DNA of 32,000 nucleotides, from NCBI RefSeq assembly GCF_000013905.1, contig NC_007969.1, positions 810,001 through 842,000 of the forward strand, in the 5' to 3' direction. Shown here piece by piece: positions 9,368 to 17,357 of this stretch. The notes beneath the pieces are model-generated. The model made no database searches. It saw only the letters and a program-made list of their open reading frames with translations, and had not been told where the DNA came from. The stretch's first letter is position 1, and every line of letters starts with the position of its first letter. The stretch comes from Psychrobacter cryohalolentis K5. Lineage in GTDB: Bacteria > Pseudomonadota > Gammaproteobacteria > Pseudomonadales > Moraxellaceae. The translations under genes and the position numbers were made by a program.

Positions 9368-10115
9368 GTCATAAAGTGCTACATAGATAAGTTTTCTTAA
9401 AGCCTTGGAACGAGTAGCAAATACTAAGCGGAAATTATTTATCTTATAGAGGTACTTTTAATCCTATTCTTAAGCAGCTACCTATTCATTTATAGCTATT
9501 AATTTTCCACTATTATCACTTGAATTGACTATGGCAATTCAAGTGTATGTTGGCTAAAAATAACCCGATAACGTCTGATCTAAAGTGTATATTTCTTAAA
9601 TCTTATATTCACAGTTACAAATCTTGTAATATCATCATGCATTATGTGTCTATATTTAATATAATAGGCGCGTAATGAGCGTTGCTATCTATTAAAATAG
9701 CTTGGTCTTCTGTTTATTTGTCTTTAATATCAATGTATTATTCACGATAAATAGCTTATATAGAAGAACGCTATTATCATAAAAACGTAAGCCGCAAGAT
9801 GCTTTAATCAGACGATTTGGCAATACCACTTGCGGCTTTATGACATTTTACTTAGGCGTTTTATCTTAGTTTCTGATTGTCGTTAAGCTCAATTGCTTAT
9901 TTGCAAATGGCTATAACCGCTAAGATAAGATAATAAGGAAGGTGTCAAAGCGTTGAGGCAGCTGTCTCAACACAGTATTCTAAAATTGTATTTCAAATAA
10001 CCACGTTGCGCGCATGTTATTGTATTTTTGGGTGGTAATAATCACATCATTAATAGCCGCGTAATGTCATCATTTGTCAATAATTTCAATCAGCTTACGC
10101 AGGACGTATCAACGT

Positions 10116-11723
10116 ATGGGTATTAGCAGCAGCTCTACAGAACCAACAAAATCAGTCGGCTCTATGAGAATCAATCTATTTTTTGCCATTTTAATGATTG
10201 GAATGACCGCCTACTTTTTGTGGTGGGGTCTAGATTACACCATGCACCAGCAGACGACGCTATTTATTGTTGCCACTGCTTTTGGTGTTTTTATGGCATT
10301 CAATATCGGCGGTAATGATGTCGCCAACTCTTTTGGTACCTCAGTCGGTGCAGGGACCTTAACCATCCCGCAAGCGCTAGGTATCGCGGCGATATTTGAA
10401 GTATCAGGCGCCGTGCTGGCAGGCGGTGAAGTAACCGATACGATTCGAAGCGGCATTGTCGATTTAGATGGTCTTTCAGTAACGCCCAACCAGTTCATTT
10501 ATGTCATGCTTTCAGCGCTCATCGCTGCTGCATTTTGGCTGTTGTTTGCCACCAAAAAAGGTCTGCCGGTTTCGACCACACACGCGATTATTGGCGGCGT
10601 AGTTGGTAGCTCTATTGTTTTGGGTATCACCTTAGGTGGTACTGAAATGGCATTGTCGACAGTGAATTGGGGCAAGATTGGCACGATCGCCATCTCTTGG
10701 GTTTTGTCACCGCTACTAGGCGGCGTTTTGTCTTATCTGCTATATGGACAGATTAAGAAAAACATCATTGAATATAATGATAAAACAGAGGCGCATATTG
10801 CTACTCTGAAAGACAGTAAAAAGACGTTAAAGCTGACGCACAAAGAGTACTTGGATGGTTTAACCGAGTCTGAGCAGTTGTCTTATACGTCAGCGATGTT
10901 GCGTGACCAAGAAATCTATAAAGATGATGATTGCGTCGTTGAAGATTTAGAGACGAACTATTACAAAGAACTTTATGAGATTGAAAACGAGCGCAGCAAC
11001 CTTGATACCTTAAAAGCACTCAAGCAATGGGTGCCTATTATTGCGGCTGCAGGCGGCGCAGTCATGGCCTCTTTGGTCATCTTCAAAGGTCTTAAAAACG
11101 TCAATAATGGTATGACGACGTTGCAAGGCTTTTTAATTATGGGGATGATCGCAGCATTAGTATGGCTTGCGACCTATATTTATACTAAGAGTATCCGCGG
11201 TAAGCACAAAGAAGATTTGACCAAAGCCACGTTTATTATGTTTAGCTGGATGCAAGTCTTTACTGCATCAGCGTTTGCCTTTAGTCATGGTTCTAACGAT
11301 ATTGCCAACGCTGTTGGTCCATTTGCAGCGATTATGGATGTTATCCGTACCAATAGTATCTCAACAGAAGCAGCAGTACCACCTGCTGTGATGTTAACTT
11401 TTGGTGTGGCATTGATTGTCGGTCTTTGGTTCATCGGTAAAGAAGTGATTCAGACTGTCGGTACCAATTTGGCAAAAATGCATCCTGCTTCTGGTTTCTC
11501 AGCTGAGTTGGCTGCGGCTGCGGTTGTGATGGGTGCGTCGACGATGGGTCTACCAGTATCGAGTACGCATACCTTGGTCGGTGCTGTACTTGGCATTGGT
11601 ATCGTCAATAGAGATACCAACTGGGCACTGATGAAACCAATTGGTTTGGCATGGATTATTACCCTTCCTGCAGCAGCAAGTATGTCTGCAATCAGTTATA
11701 TAGTGCTGATAAATATCTTTTAA
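10116..11723 (+). CDS. pit: inorganic phosphate transporter, PiT (PHO4) family
   Basis: Duplicated PiT signatures GGNDVANSFGTSVG and GSNDIANAVGP, many TM helices, and a ~100-aa hydrophilic central loop. The start is uncertain: TTG 10074 in the ORF track, ATG 10116 with AGGA upstream, or ATG 10164. Confidence 0.88.
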   Translation: MGISSSSTEPTKSVGSMRINLFFAILMIGMTAYFLWWGLDYTMHQQTTLFIVATAFGVFMAFNIGGNDVANSFGTSVGAGTLTIPQALGIAAIFEVSGAVLAGGEVTDTIRSGIVDLDGLSVTPNQFIYVMLSALIAAAFWLLFATKKGLPVSTTHAIIGGVVGSSIVLGITLGGTEMALSTVNWGKIGTIAISWVLSPLLGGVLSYLLYGQIKKNIIEYNDKTEAHIATLKDSKKTLKLTHKEYLDGLTESEQLSYTSAMLRDQEIYKDDDCVVEDLETNYYKELYEIENERSNLDTLKALKQWVPIIAAAGGAVMASLVIFKGLKNVNNGMTTLQGFLIMGMIAALVWLATYIYTKSIRGKHKEDLTKATFIMFSWMQVFTASAFAFSHGSNDIANAVGPFAAIMDVIRTNSISTEAAVPPAVMLTFGVALIVGLWFIGKEVIQTVGTNLAKMHPASGFSAELAAAAVVMGASTMGLPVSSTHTLVGAVLGIGIVNRDTNWALMKPIGLAWIITLPAAASMSAISYIVLINIF

Positions 11724-11767
11724 AAGTTGAAATCAAAGTCATTTAATTTTTGATTAATACAAATAGA

Positions 11768-11804
11768 AAACGCTTATCGATATCATATCGGTAAGCGTTT
11801 TTTT
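11768..11804. terminator. bidirectional hairpin terminator between pit (+) and the aminotransferase gene (-)
   Basis: Stem 11771-11781 / 11787-11797 (11 bp including one G-U) with a 5-nt loop, an A-run 5' and a T-run 11798-11804. Confidence 0.75.
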
Positions 11805-11832
11805 ATAGAAAAATATAGGTGTCATCTATATA

Positions 11833-13470
11833 TTAGTCAGTACCAAACTGCTTACGCTTCTTAGCAAAGAAGCGGTCTAAGCGATCCATAGCGTCTTCTA
11901 AGTCGTGTAAGTTGGGTAAAAACACCAAGCGGAAATGGTCATTTTTATCCCAGTTAAATCCTGTGCCTTGTACCATCAATACGTTTTCTTCTAACAATAA
12001 ATCCATCATAAACTGCATGTCATCTTTGATAGGGTAAATCTCAGGATCCATCTTTGGAAAGCAGTAAAACGCGCCTTGTGGCATGGTACAAGAGATACCT
12101 TTTATCGCATTAAGACGGGTCACTGCCAACTCGCGCTGCTTATACAAGCGCCCTTTTTTAGACGTTAGGTCCTTCATGCTTTGATAGCCACCCATCGCTG
12201 TCTGAATCGCATATTGTCCTTGAACGTTAGAACACAGGCGCATAGATGCAAGCATATCCAAACCTTCGATAAAGTCAGCCGCATGTTCTTTACGACCTGA
12301 AACCATCATCCAACCGGCACGAAAGCCTGCAATACGATGTGATTTTGATAAACCATTATAGGACAACACCAGTACTTCATCGGTCAAAGTGCTCATCGGC
12401 GTATGTTCCATATCATCATAGAGAATACGGTCATAAATCTCATCCGCCATGATGATTAAATCATGCTCTTTTGCGACCTCGACGATTTGCAGCAGTACTT
12501 CATCACTATACAGCGCGCCTGTCGGATTATTGGGATTAATAACTACGATGCCTTTGGTTTTGCTGGTGATTTTGGATTTGATGTCTTCAATATCAGGATG
12601 CCAATTGTCTTCTTCATTACAGCGATAATGTACCGCTGTACCGCCTGCGAGATTGGCAGCTGCCGTCCACAGTGGGTAGTCTGGCATCGGAACCAGCACT
12701 TCATCGCCATCATTCATCAGCGCTTGCATGGTCATGACAATCAGCTCAGAGACGCCATTACCTAGATAGACATCACGAACATCAACTGCCGATAGCAGAC
12801 CCTTTGATTGGTAATATTGCAATACGGCTTTACGCGCTGAAAAAATCCCTTGCGAGTCTGAGTAGCCCGTCGCTTCCGGCAGATTCATCGCCACATCACG
12901 CAAAATCTCATGCGGTGCTTCTAAACCAAAAGGAGCAGGGTTGCCGATATTTAGCTTTAAGATACGCTTGCCTTCGGCTTCCATTTTATTGGCAGTTTGC
13001 AGCAGAGGACCGCGAATGTCGTAGCAGACGTTTTGTAATTTATCAGATTTTTTTATTGAGTTCATAGAGTGACCACTCATCAGGTTATTTGGTGAATTTT
13101 TGCGGGGAGTAGAAGAGGTAGTTGTTGTTGGTGTATTCTGACTAGTGCTATGAGCTTGCTCACCTGCATCGACAGCTTTATCGTTATCAGACGATATACT
13201 GTCAGAATCGTCATCTGATTTGCTGTCACTTTCAAGCTCACCGCGCAACAAGTACCCTTCGCTACAACCTAAGAGTCGCGCAAGGGTAGGTAGCTTAGAT
13301 GAGACAATCCCATTGGTCCCACGCTCCCAATTAGAGATAGCACCGCGGCTGACTTTAGCGCCAGCAGCAGTCATCGCTTGTGCCAGCTGCTCTGCCGTCA
13401 TGCCTTTGTCGCGGCGCAGCTGTACCAGTCGTTCAGCTTGTGTGCTTTTAGTTTTGTCATCAGCCGTCAT
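11833..13470 (-). CDS. alaA: XRE-family HTH domain fused to AlaA-type PLP-dependent (class I) aminotransferase
   Basis: Residues ~10-77 form an HTH_3/XRE-like domain (LRRDKGMTAEQLAQAM...ISNWERG). Residues ~78-135 are an acidic/Ser/Thr linker. From M136 (MNSIKKSDKLQNVCYDIRGP...LNIGNPAPFG...SKSHRIAGFR) the protein is collinear with E. coli AlaA as I recall it. Confidence 0.85.
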   Translation of the reverse strand: MTADDKTKSTQAERLVQLRRDKGMTAEQLAQAMTAAGAKVSRGAISNWERGTNGIVSSKLPTLARLLGCSEGYLLRGELESDSKSDDDSDSISSDNDKAVDAGEQAHSTSQNTPTTTTSSTPRKNSPNNLMSGHSMNSIKKSDKLQNVCYDIRGPLLQTANKMEAEGKRILKLNIGNPAPFGLEAPHEILRDVAMNLPEATGYSDSQGIFSARKAVLQYYQSKGLLSAVDVRDVYLGNGVSELIVMTMQALMNDGDEVLVPMPDYPLWTAAANLAGGTAVHYRCNEEDNWHPDIEDIKSKITSKTKGIVVINPNNPTGALYSDEVLLQIVEVAKEHDLIIMADEIYDRILYDDMEHTPMSTLTDEVLVLSYNGLSKSHRIAGFRAGWMMVSGRKEHAADFIEGLDMLASMRLCSNVQGQYAIQTAMGGYQSMKDLTSKKGRLYKQRELAVTRLNAIKGISCTMPQGAFYCFPKMDPEIYPIKDDMQFMMDLLLEENVLMVQGTGFNWDKNDHFRLVFLPNLHDLEDAMDRLDRFFAKKRKQFGTD

Positions 13471-13921
13471 TATGTAAGCCTTTTTTATTTTATGAATCTG
13501 TCATTAATCAGATAACGAAACCAACTCTCTTGGATAAGTATTAAGCTAATGCTTTAAAAGAGAACTACTTTTAATTAACTGTTAATGCAAGATATTATTG
13601 CATATAGAAATTAAATGCAAGTTTTTTGTATATTATAGATTTTCACGATGTAAGAAAATCTTGCATTACAGAGATTTATAATGCATTGAGAGACTTCAGC
13701 TCAATAAGAAACGATCTAACTTGTGATTTTTCGATATCAAATTGCCTACAATATCTGGCACTGCCATTCCATGCAGTGAGTATTCTTGTTATAAACATCT
13801 TGAATAATAAGACGCTCGCCAACAGATAAAGCCTATCGTTTTTATAAAAAATAGCGATAAAGCCTCGATAAACCATTACTCACGATAGAGTAGACAATCA
13901 GTCATTCCATAAGGATACGTT

Positions 13922-14347
13922 ATGCAAGACAATCAACTGAGCAAAGAAGAAATCAGCCAATTGACCGAGGCTGACTGGAAAGAGCGCTTAAGTGCTGAGG
14001 AGTATCATGTGCTGCGCGAGAAGGGCACAGAGCGACCATTTACAGGCGTTTACAATGATATTAATGATAAGGGCATTTATCGTTGTAAAGGATGCGGTGC
14101 TAACTTGTTTGAATCAGATAATAAGTTTGATGCAGGGTGCGGTTGGCCAAGCTTTGATCAAGGTATCGATAATAGCGCCATCGATGAGCATGTCGATGAT
14201 TCGCTAGGCATGCGCCGTACTGAAGTGACTTGCAGCAATTGCGGCGCGCATTTGGGCCATGTATTCCCTGACGGTCCAAGTGAGACCACTGGCATGCGCT
14301 ATTGCATCAACTCGTTGTCTATCGATTTAGATAAGTCTGAAGAATAG
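13922..14347 (+). CDS. msrB: peptide-methionine (R)-S-oxide reductase MsrB
   Basis: 141 aa. Two CxxC zinc motifs (CKGCG, CSNCG) and the active-site region RYCINS. SD AAGGA is present. Confidence 0.92.
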   Translation: MQDNQLSKEEISQLTEADWKERLSAEEYHVLREKGTERPFTGVYNDINDKGIYRCKGCGANLFESDNKFDAGCGWPSFDQGIDNSAIDEHVDDSLGMRRTEVTCSNCGAHLGHVFPDGPSETTGMRYCINSLSIDLDKSEE

Positions 14348-14510
14348 TGACAGCGGCGTGTAAGTTAACGAGGTAGTAGTAAAAAGAGTAGGGAGTATTG
14401 ATATCTCTCTACTTATTATTAATATCAGTAAGTTTATTAATAACAGTGTCTTAAGTACTATAGTGCATGATGCTTGATAGCGAAAAAAATAACTCATTTA
14501 AGGATGAATA

Positions 14511-14996
14511 ATGACTACTATTTATGATTTTAATGCTGAGCGTATCGATGGAACGACAAAAAGTTTCTCTGACTATAAAGATCAAGTGTTGCTAATTGTT
14601 AATACCGCAAGCAAGTGTGGCTTTACGCCGCAGTTTGAGGGCTTAGAAGCACTGTTTCAGCAATATAAAGACCAAGGTTTAATGGTTATCGGTTTTCCCT
14701 GTAATCAATTCGGCAACCAAGATCCTGCTAATAATGATGAAATTGGTGAATTTTGCCAAAAGAACTATGGTGTGAGCTTTCCAATGATGGCAAAAGTCGA
14801 CGTCAATGGTGGTGATGCTCATCCTGTGTTTGAATGGCTAAAAAATCAAAAAGGCGGGCTTCTCACAGATGGTATCAAATGGAATTTCACCAAGTTTTTA
14901 ATTGATAGTAAAGGGCAGGTAATTGCTCGTTATGCACCAACGACCAAACCTGAAGCGCTCAAGGCTGATATAGAACAAGCGCTGGCTGCAAAGTAA
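14511..14996 (+). CDS. gpx: glutathione peroxidase family (Cys-type, BtuE-like)
   Basis: 161 aa. Motifs NTASKCGFTPQ, FPCNQFGNQ and WNFTKFL. SD AAGGA is present. Confidence 0.9.
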   Translation: MTTIYDFNAERIDGTTKSFSDYKDQVLLIVNTASKCGFTPQFEGLEALFQQYKDQGLMVIGFPCNQFGNQDPANNDEIGEFCQKNYGVSFPMMAKVDVNGGDAHPVFEWLKNQKGGLLTDGIKWNFTKFLIDSKGQVIARYAPTTKPEALKADIEQALAAK

Positions 14997-15112
14997 GTAC
15001 TAGAGTGAAAAAGATTAACTATTCTGCGAAATTATAAAATCAATTAAAACAGATGCTTATAAATTTAATCACCAAAATAAGCAAAAATCTGTGATAAATA
15101 TCAAAATAGTGT

Positions 15113-15140
15113 TTGACAGCCCTGTGTAAATCTATATAAT
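15113..15140 (+). promoter_or_regulatory. sigma70-type promoter for the tRNA-Val/tRNA-Asp operon
   Basis: TTGACA 15113-15118, 16-nt spacer, TATAAT 15135-15140. An AT-rich UP-like tract lies upstream. The promoter is ~80 nt before tRNA-Val. Confidence 0.6.
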
Positions 15141-15219
15141 ACACACCCACAGCAGCAGAGCTTAGTGACAAACTTAGAGCTCAGTTGATGTTGAATAAAT
15201 TGCCTAGCAATTGTTCGAA

Positions 15220-15295
15220 GGGTGATTAGCTCAGTTGGTAGAGCGTCTGCCTTACACGCAGAATGTCGGCGGTTCGAATCCGTCATCACCCACCA
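15220..15295 (+). tRNA. tRNA-Val (anticodon TAC)
   Basis: Hand-folded cloverleaf: acceptor GGGTGAT/ATCACCC, D arm GCTC..GAGC, anticodon stem TCTGC/GCAGA with loop CTTACAC, T arm GGCGG TTCGAAT CCGTC, encoded CCA. Confidence 0.93.
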
Positions 15296-15360
15296 CTATT
15301 TAGTATAGCGTTACTCTAAAGTAGTAGGCTAAGTGGTTAAATAAGCTAAGTACGACCTAA

Positions 15361-15437
15361 GCAGCGGTAGTTCAGTTGGTTAGAATACCGGCCTGTCACG
15401 CCGGGGGTCGCGGGTTCGAGTCCCGTCCGCTGCGCCA
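15361..15437 (+). tRNA. tRNA-Asp (anticodon GTC)
   Basis: Acceptor GCAGCGG/CCGCTGC, anticodon stem CCGGC/GCCGG with loop CTGTCAC, T arm GCGGG TTCGAGT CCCGT, discriminator G plus CCA. Confidence 0.93.
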
Positions 15438-15470
15438 TATTTAAAACTTAGTTTTAATACAAAAGTTTCA

Positions 15471-15501
15471 ACCTCAAGTATTTATATTTGAGGTTTTTTT
15501 G
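15471..15501 (+). terminator. rho-independent terminator of the tRNA operon
   Basis: Stem ACCTCAA 15471-15477 / TTGAGGT 15488-15494, followed by a T-run. Confidence 0.75.
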
Positions 15502-15588
15502 TGTCTGAATTTCTCTTTAAACCCTTTATTTTTATGAACTTGCCATTTTATTTTTTGTCACTTTTCTTGAAACAGCTTACTCTCTAAT

Positions 15589-15622
15589 AAAGAAATACCT
15601 GCATGAATGCAGGTATTTCTTT
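15589..15622 (-). terminator. perfect 16-bp hairpin downstream of the DUF305 gene (end of cop operon)
   Basis: AAAGAAATACCTGCAT (15589-15604) / ATGCAGGTATTTCTTT (15607-15622). The U-rich 3' half is part of the stem. Confidence 0.55.
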
Positions 15623-15658
15623 ATTTAATAGCTTTATAATATTTACATACATCAGTGT

Positions 15659-16144
15659 CTATTCAAGCTCTTCGATCAGCGCTTGCATCTCAGCGATTTC
15701 ACGCTTTTGCGCTTTAATAATATCGTCAGCGAGCTGTTGCACTCTAGGATCTTCGATATCTGCTCTTGAGCTGGTCAAAATAGCAATCGAGTGATGTGGT
15801 ATCATCGCTTGCATCCAATCGACCTGATCGACAGTTGATTGAGAGCGCACGCCCCATATCCCAACGGCAAACATCAACACACTCAGTCCATAAACCATCA
15901 AATTAACTTTGGTTTTTTTGTACATATTACCCATAAAGGCGAGCATAATGACGGCCATACCCGCACCCATGTAGAGCGCCATATAAGCTCGGGTTTCACT
16001 AAAGTAAACATGACTCCATTCATAAGTATTGAAATACATCATGATGTACATCACAATCGTAGACGTCACAATCATCAGGTTGAACTTGATATAAGGGTTC
16101 ATGCCCTGTTGATGATTCATGTTGTTTTGATCTGAAGCATTCAT
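15659..16144 (-). CDS. membrane-anchored DUF305 domain protein
   Basis: 161 aa. Three Met-rich predicted TM helices, then one DUF305-like repeat (WMQAMIPHHSIAI...AQKREIAEMQ). SD AGGAGA is present. The gene lies 27 nt downstream of copB. Confidence 0.7.
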   Translation of the reverse strand: MNASDQNNMNHQQGMNPYIKFNLMIVTSTIVMYIMMYFNTYEWSHVYFSETRAYMALYMGAGMAVIMLAFMGNMYKKTKVNLMVYGLSVLMFAVGIWGVRSQSTVDQVDWMQAMIPHHSIAILTSSRADIEDPRVQQLADDIIKAQKREIAEMQALIEELE

Positions 16145-16171
16145 AGTATATCTCCTATTATATTAATAATA

Positions 16172-17326
16172 TTAGAACCAGAATTTAACCCCCGCAGTCA
16201 AACTACTGCTATCAACTGATTCATTATGTTGACGACGCTGATCTCGAGCACTACCAAGCGCTGTCTCATAACTCATACCCACATAAGGCGCAAGTTGGCG
16301 ACTGAATGTCTCATAAGTGAGCCTCACTTCAGCATCCATCTCGTTGAAACCTTTGGTAATATGATTGTCGCTGTCTTCTTTACTAAAGGCTGTTAGTCCT
16401 ACTTCCGGTATCACAACCCAGTGCTGGCTCAAACGCCACTCGTATTCTGCGCCAAGGTCCAATCGAACTTGTCCATCAGAATACAGATAAGCTCTGGCAT
16501 CGGTTTCAATAAAGTAAGGCATAGTACCGACAATACCCGCCATAATGGCAGGTTTATCATTTTCGGTATCATAAGCAACACCGGCCTCGCCATTCCAGAA
16601 GATACTTAGCGGCTTCCAGTAAGATAGTGAGGTCAGACTATCAATTTCTTTATCACCTTCGGTCTGAATACTACCTTCGCTGCGTAAAGAGAGGCGACGC
16701 TCATCTACGCCATACCAAGCACCAACTTCATAATTAATCTGATCGTCATCAAACTGATAACCTAAATCATCTACAGAAACGCCCCATAATGGCATATCAC
16801 CCATCATCATAGGCTTACCATACTGTCCATAAGGAACGCCGTTTGAATAGTCAGGACTGCGCGCATCAGCTGGCGCTTTACCACCTTGCATACCTGACAT
16901 GTCCATACTGCCATGATCCATGCCTGACATATCCATACCACTGTGATCCATACCTGACATATCCATACCGCTATGGTCCATACCTGACATATCCATACCG
17001 CTATGGTCCATACCTGACATATCCATACCGCTATGGTCCATACCAGACATGTCCATACCGCTATGATCCATATCCGACATGTCCATATCTGACATATCCA
17101 TGCCGCTGTGATCCATATCTGACATGTCCATACCTGACATATCCATGCCGCTGTGATCCATATCTGACATGTCCATACCTGACATATCCATACTACTATG
17201 ATCCATGCCTGACATCATCATGTCTTTTTTAGCAGTGGACGGGTCAGCAGCATTAGCAAATGATGATGCCAGCAGTACCAATGATGATGCCCCAGCGAAC
17301 CGTAAACCTACTTTATGTATTTTCAT
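16172..17326 (-). CDS. copB: copper resistance outer-membrane protein CopB/PcoB with Met/His/Asp repeat region
   Basis: Signal peptide ...SSFANA, ~11 copies of MDHSGMDMSG-type repeats, a C-terminal beta-barrel ending ...TAGVKFWF. ATG 17326 (MKIHK) is preferred because the ORF-track GTG 17338 lies inside the SD AGGTGA. Confidence 0.88.
   Translation of the reverse strand: MKIHKVGLRFAGASSLVLLASSFANAADPSTAKKDMMMSGMDHSSMDMSGMDMSDMDHSGMDMSGMDMSDMDHSGMDMSDMDMSDMDHSGMDMSGMDHSGMDMSGMDHSGMDMSGMDHSGMDMSGMDHSGMDMSGMDHGSMDMSGMQGGKAPADARSPDYSNGVPYGQYGKPMMMGDMPLWGVSVDDLGYQFDDDQINYEVGAWYGVDERRLSLRSEGSIQTEGDKEIDSLTSLSYWKPLSIFWNGEAGVAYDTENDKPAIMAGIVGTMPYFIETDARAYLYSDGQVRLDLGAEYEWRLSQHWVVIPEVGLTAFSKEDSDNHITKGFNEMDAEVRLTYETFSRQLAPYVGMSYETALGSARDQRRQHNESVDSSSLTAGVKFWF
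16891..17217. repeat. 30-bp coding tandem repeat array inside copB
   Basis: Three identical consecutive units TACCTGACATATCCATACCGCTATGGTCCA at 16951-17040, flanked by diverged 30-bp and 15-bp sub-period copies. Confidence 0.9.
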
Positions 17327-17357
17327 CTCATCTCTCACCTATCAATCAAAGATTTGC

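Noticed and set aside
9936-10000. Possible 15-aa leader peptide (TTG 9953 behind AAGGAAGG) in the pit upstream spacer
   Set aside because: It has a non-ATG start, is very short, and there is no supporting conservation that I can assess. It overlaps a hairpin that explains the sequence equally well.
10065-10080. Pho-box-like direct repeat TGTCATcattTGTCAA upstream of pit
   Set aside because: The spacing is 10 bp rather than the 11-bp phasing of PhoB boxes, only 5-6 of 7 positions match per half-site, no convincing -10 follows, and it overlaps one candidate start codon. Too weak to call.
13626-13876. Two overlapping ORFs (67 aa plus strand, 66 aa minus strand) in the alaA-fusion/msrB spacer
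   Set aside because: The region is very AT-rich. The peptides are Ile/Asn/Phe/Leu-rich as expected from composition, there is no SD, and the two ORFs are mutually antisense. I treat the region as non-coding regulatory.
15101-15289. 62-aa minus-strand ORF
   Set aside because: It overlaps the tRNA promoter and most of tRNA-Val, so it is an artefact of the structured tRNA sequence.
16891-17217. Possible CRISPR-like or minisatellite array
   Set aside because: The repeats are directly adjacent with no spacers. Their period is a multiple of 3 and they are in frame within copB, so this is a coding tandem repeat, not a CRISPR array.
16843-17232. 129-aa plus-strand ORF with striking PYLTYPYRYG repeats
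   Set aside because: It is the antisense reading of the copB 30-bp tandem repeat. It has no SD or independent context. The minus-strand frame continues into a bona fide CopB barrel with a signal peptide.
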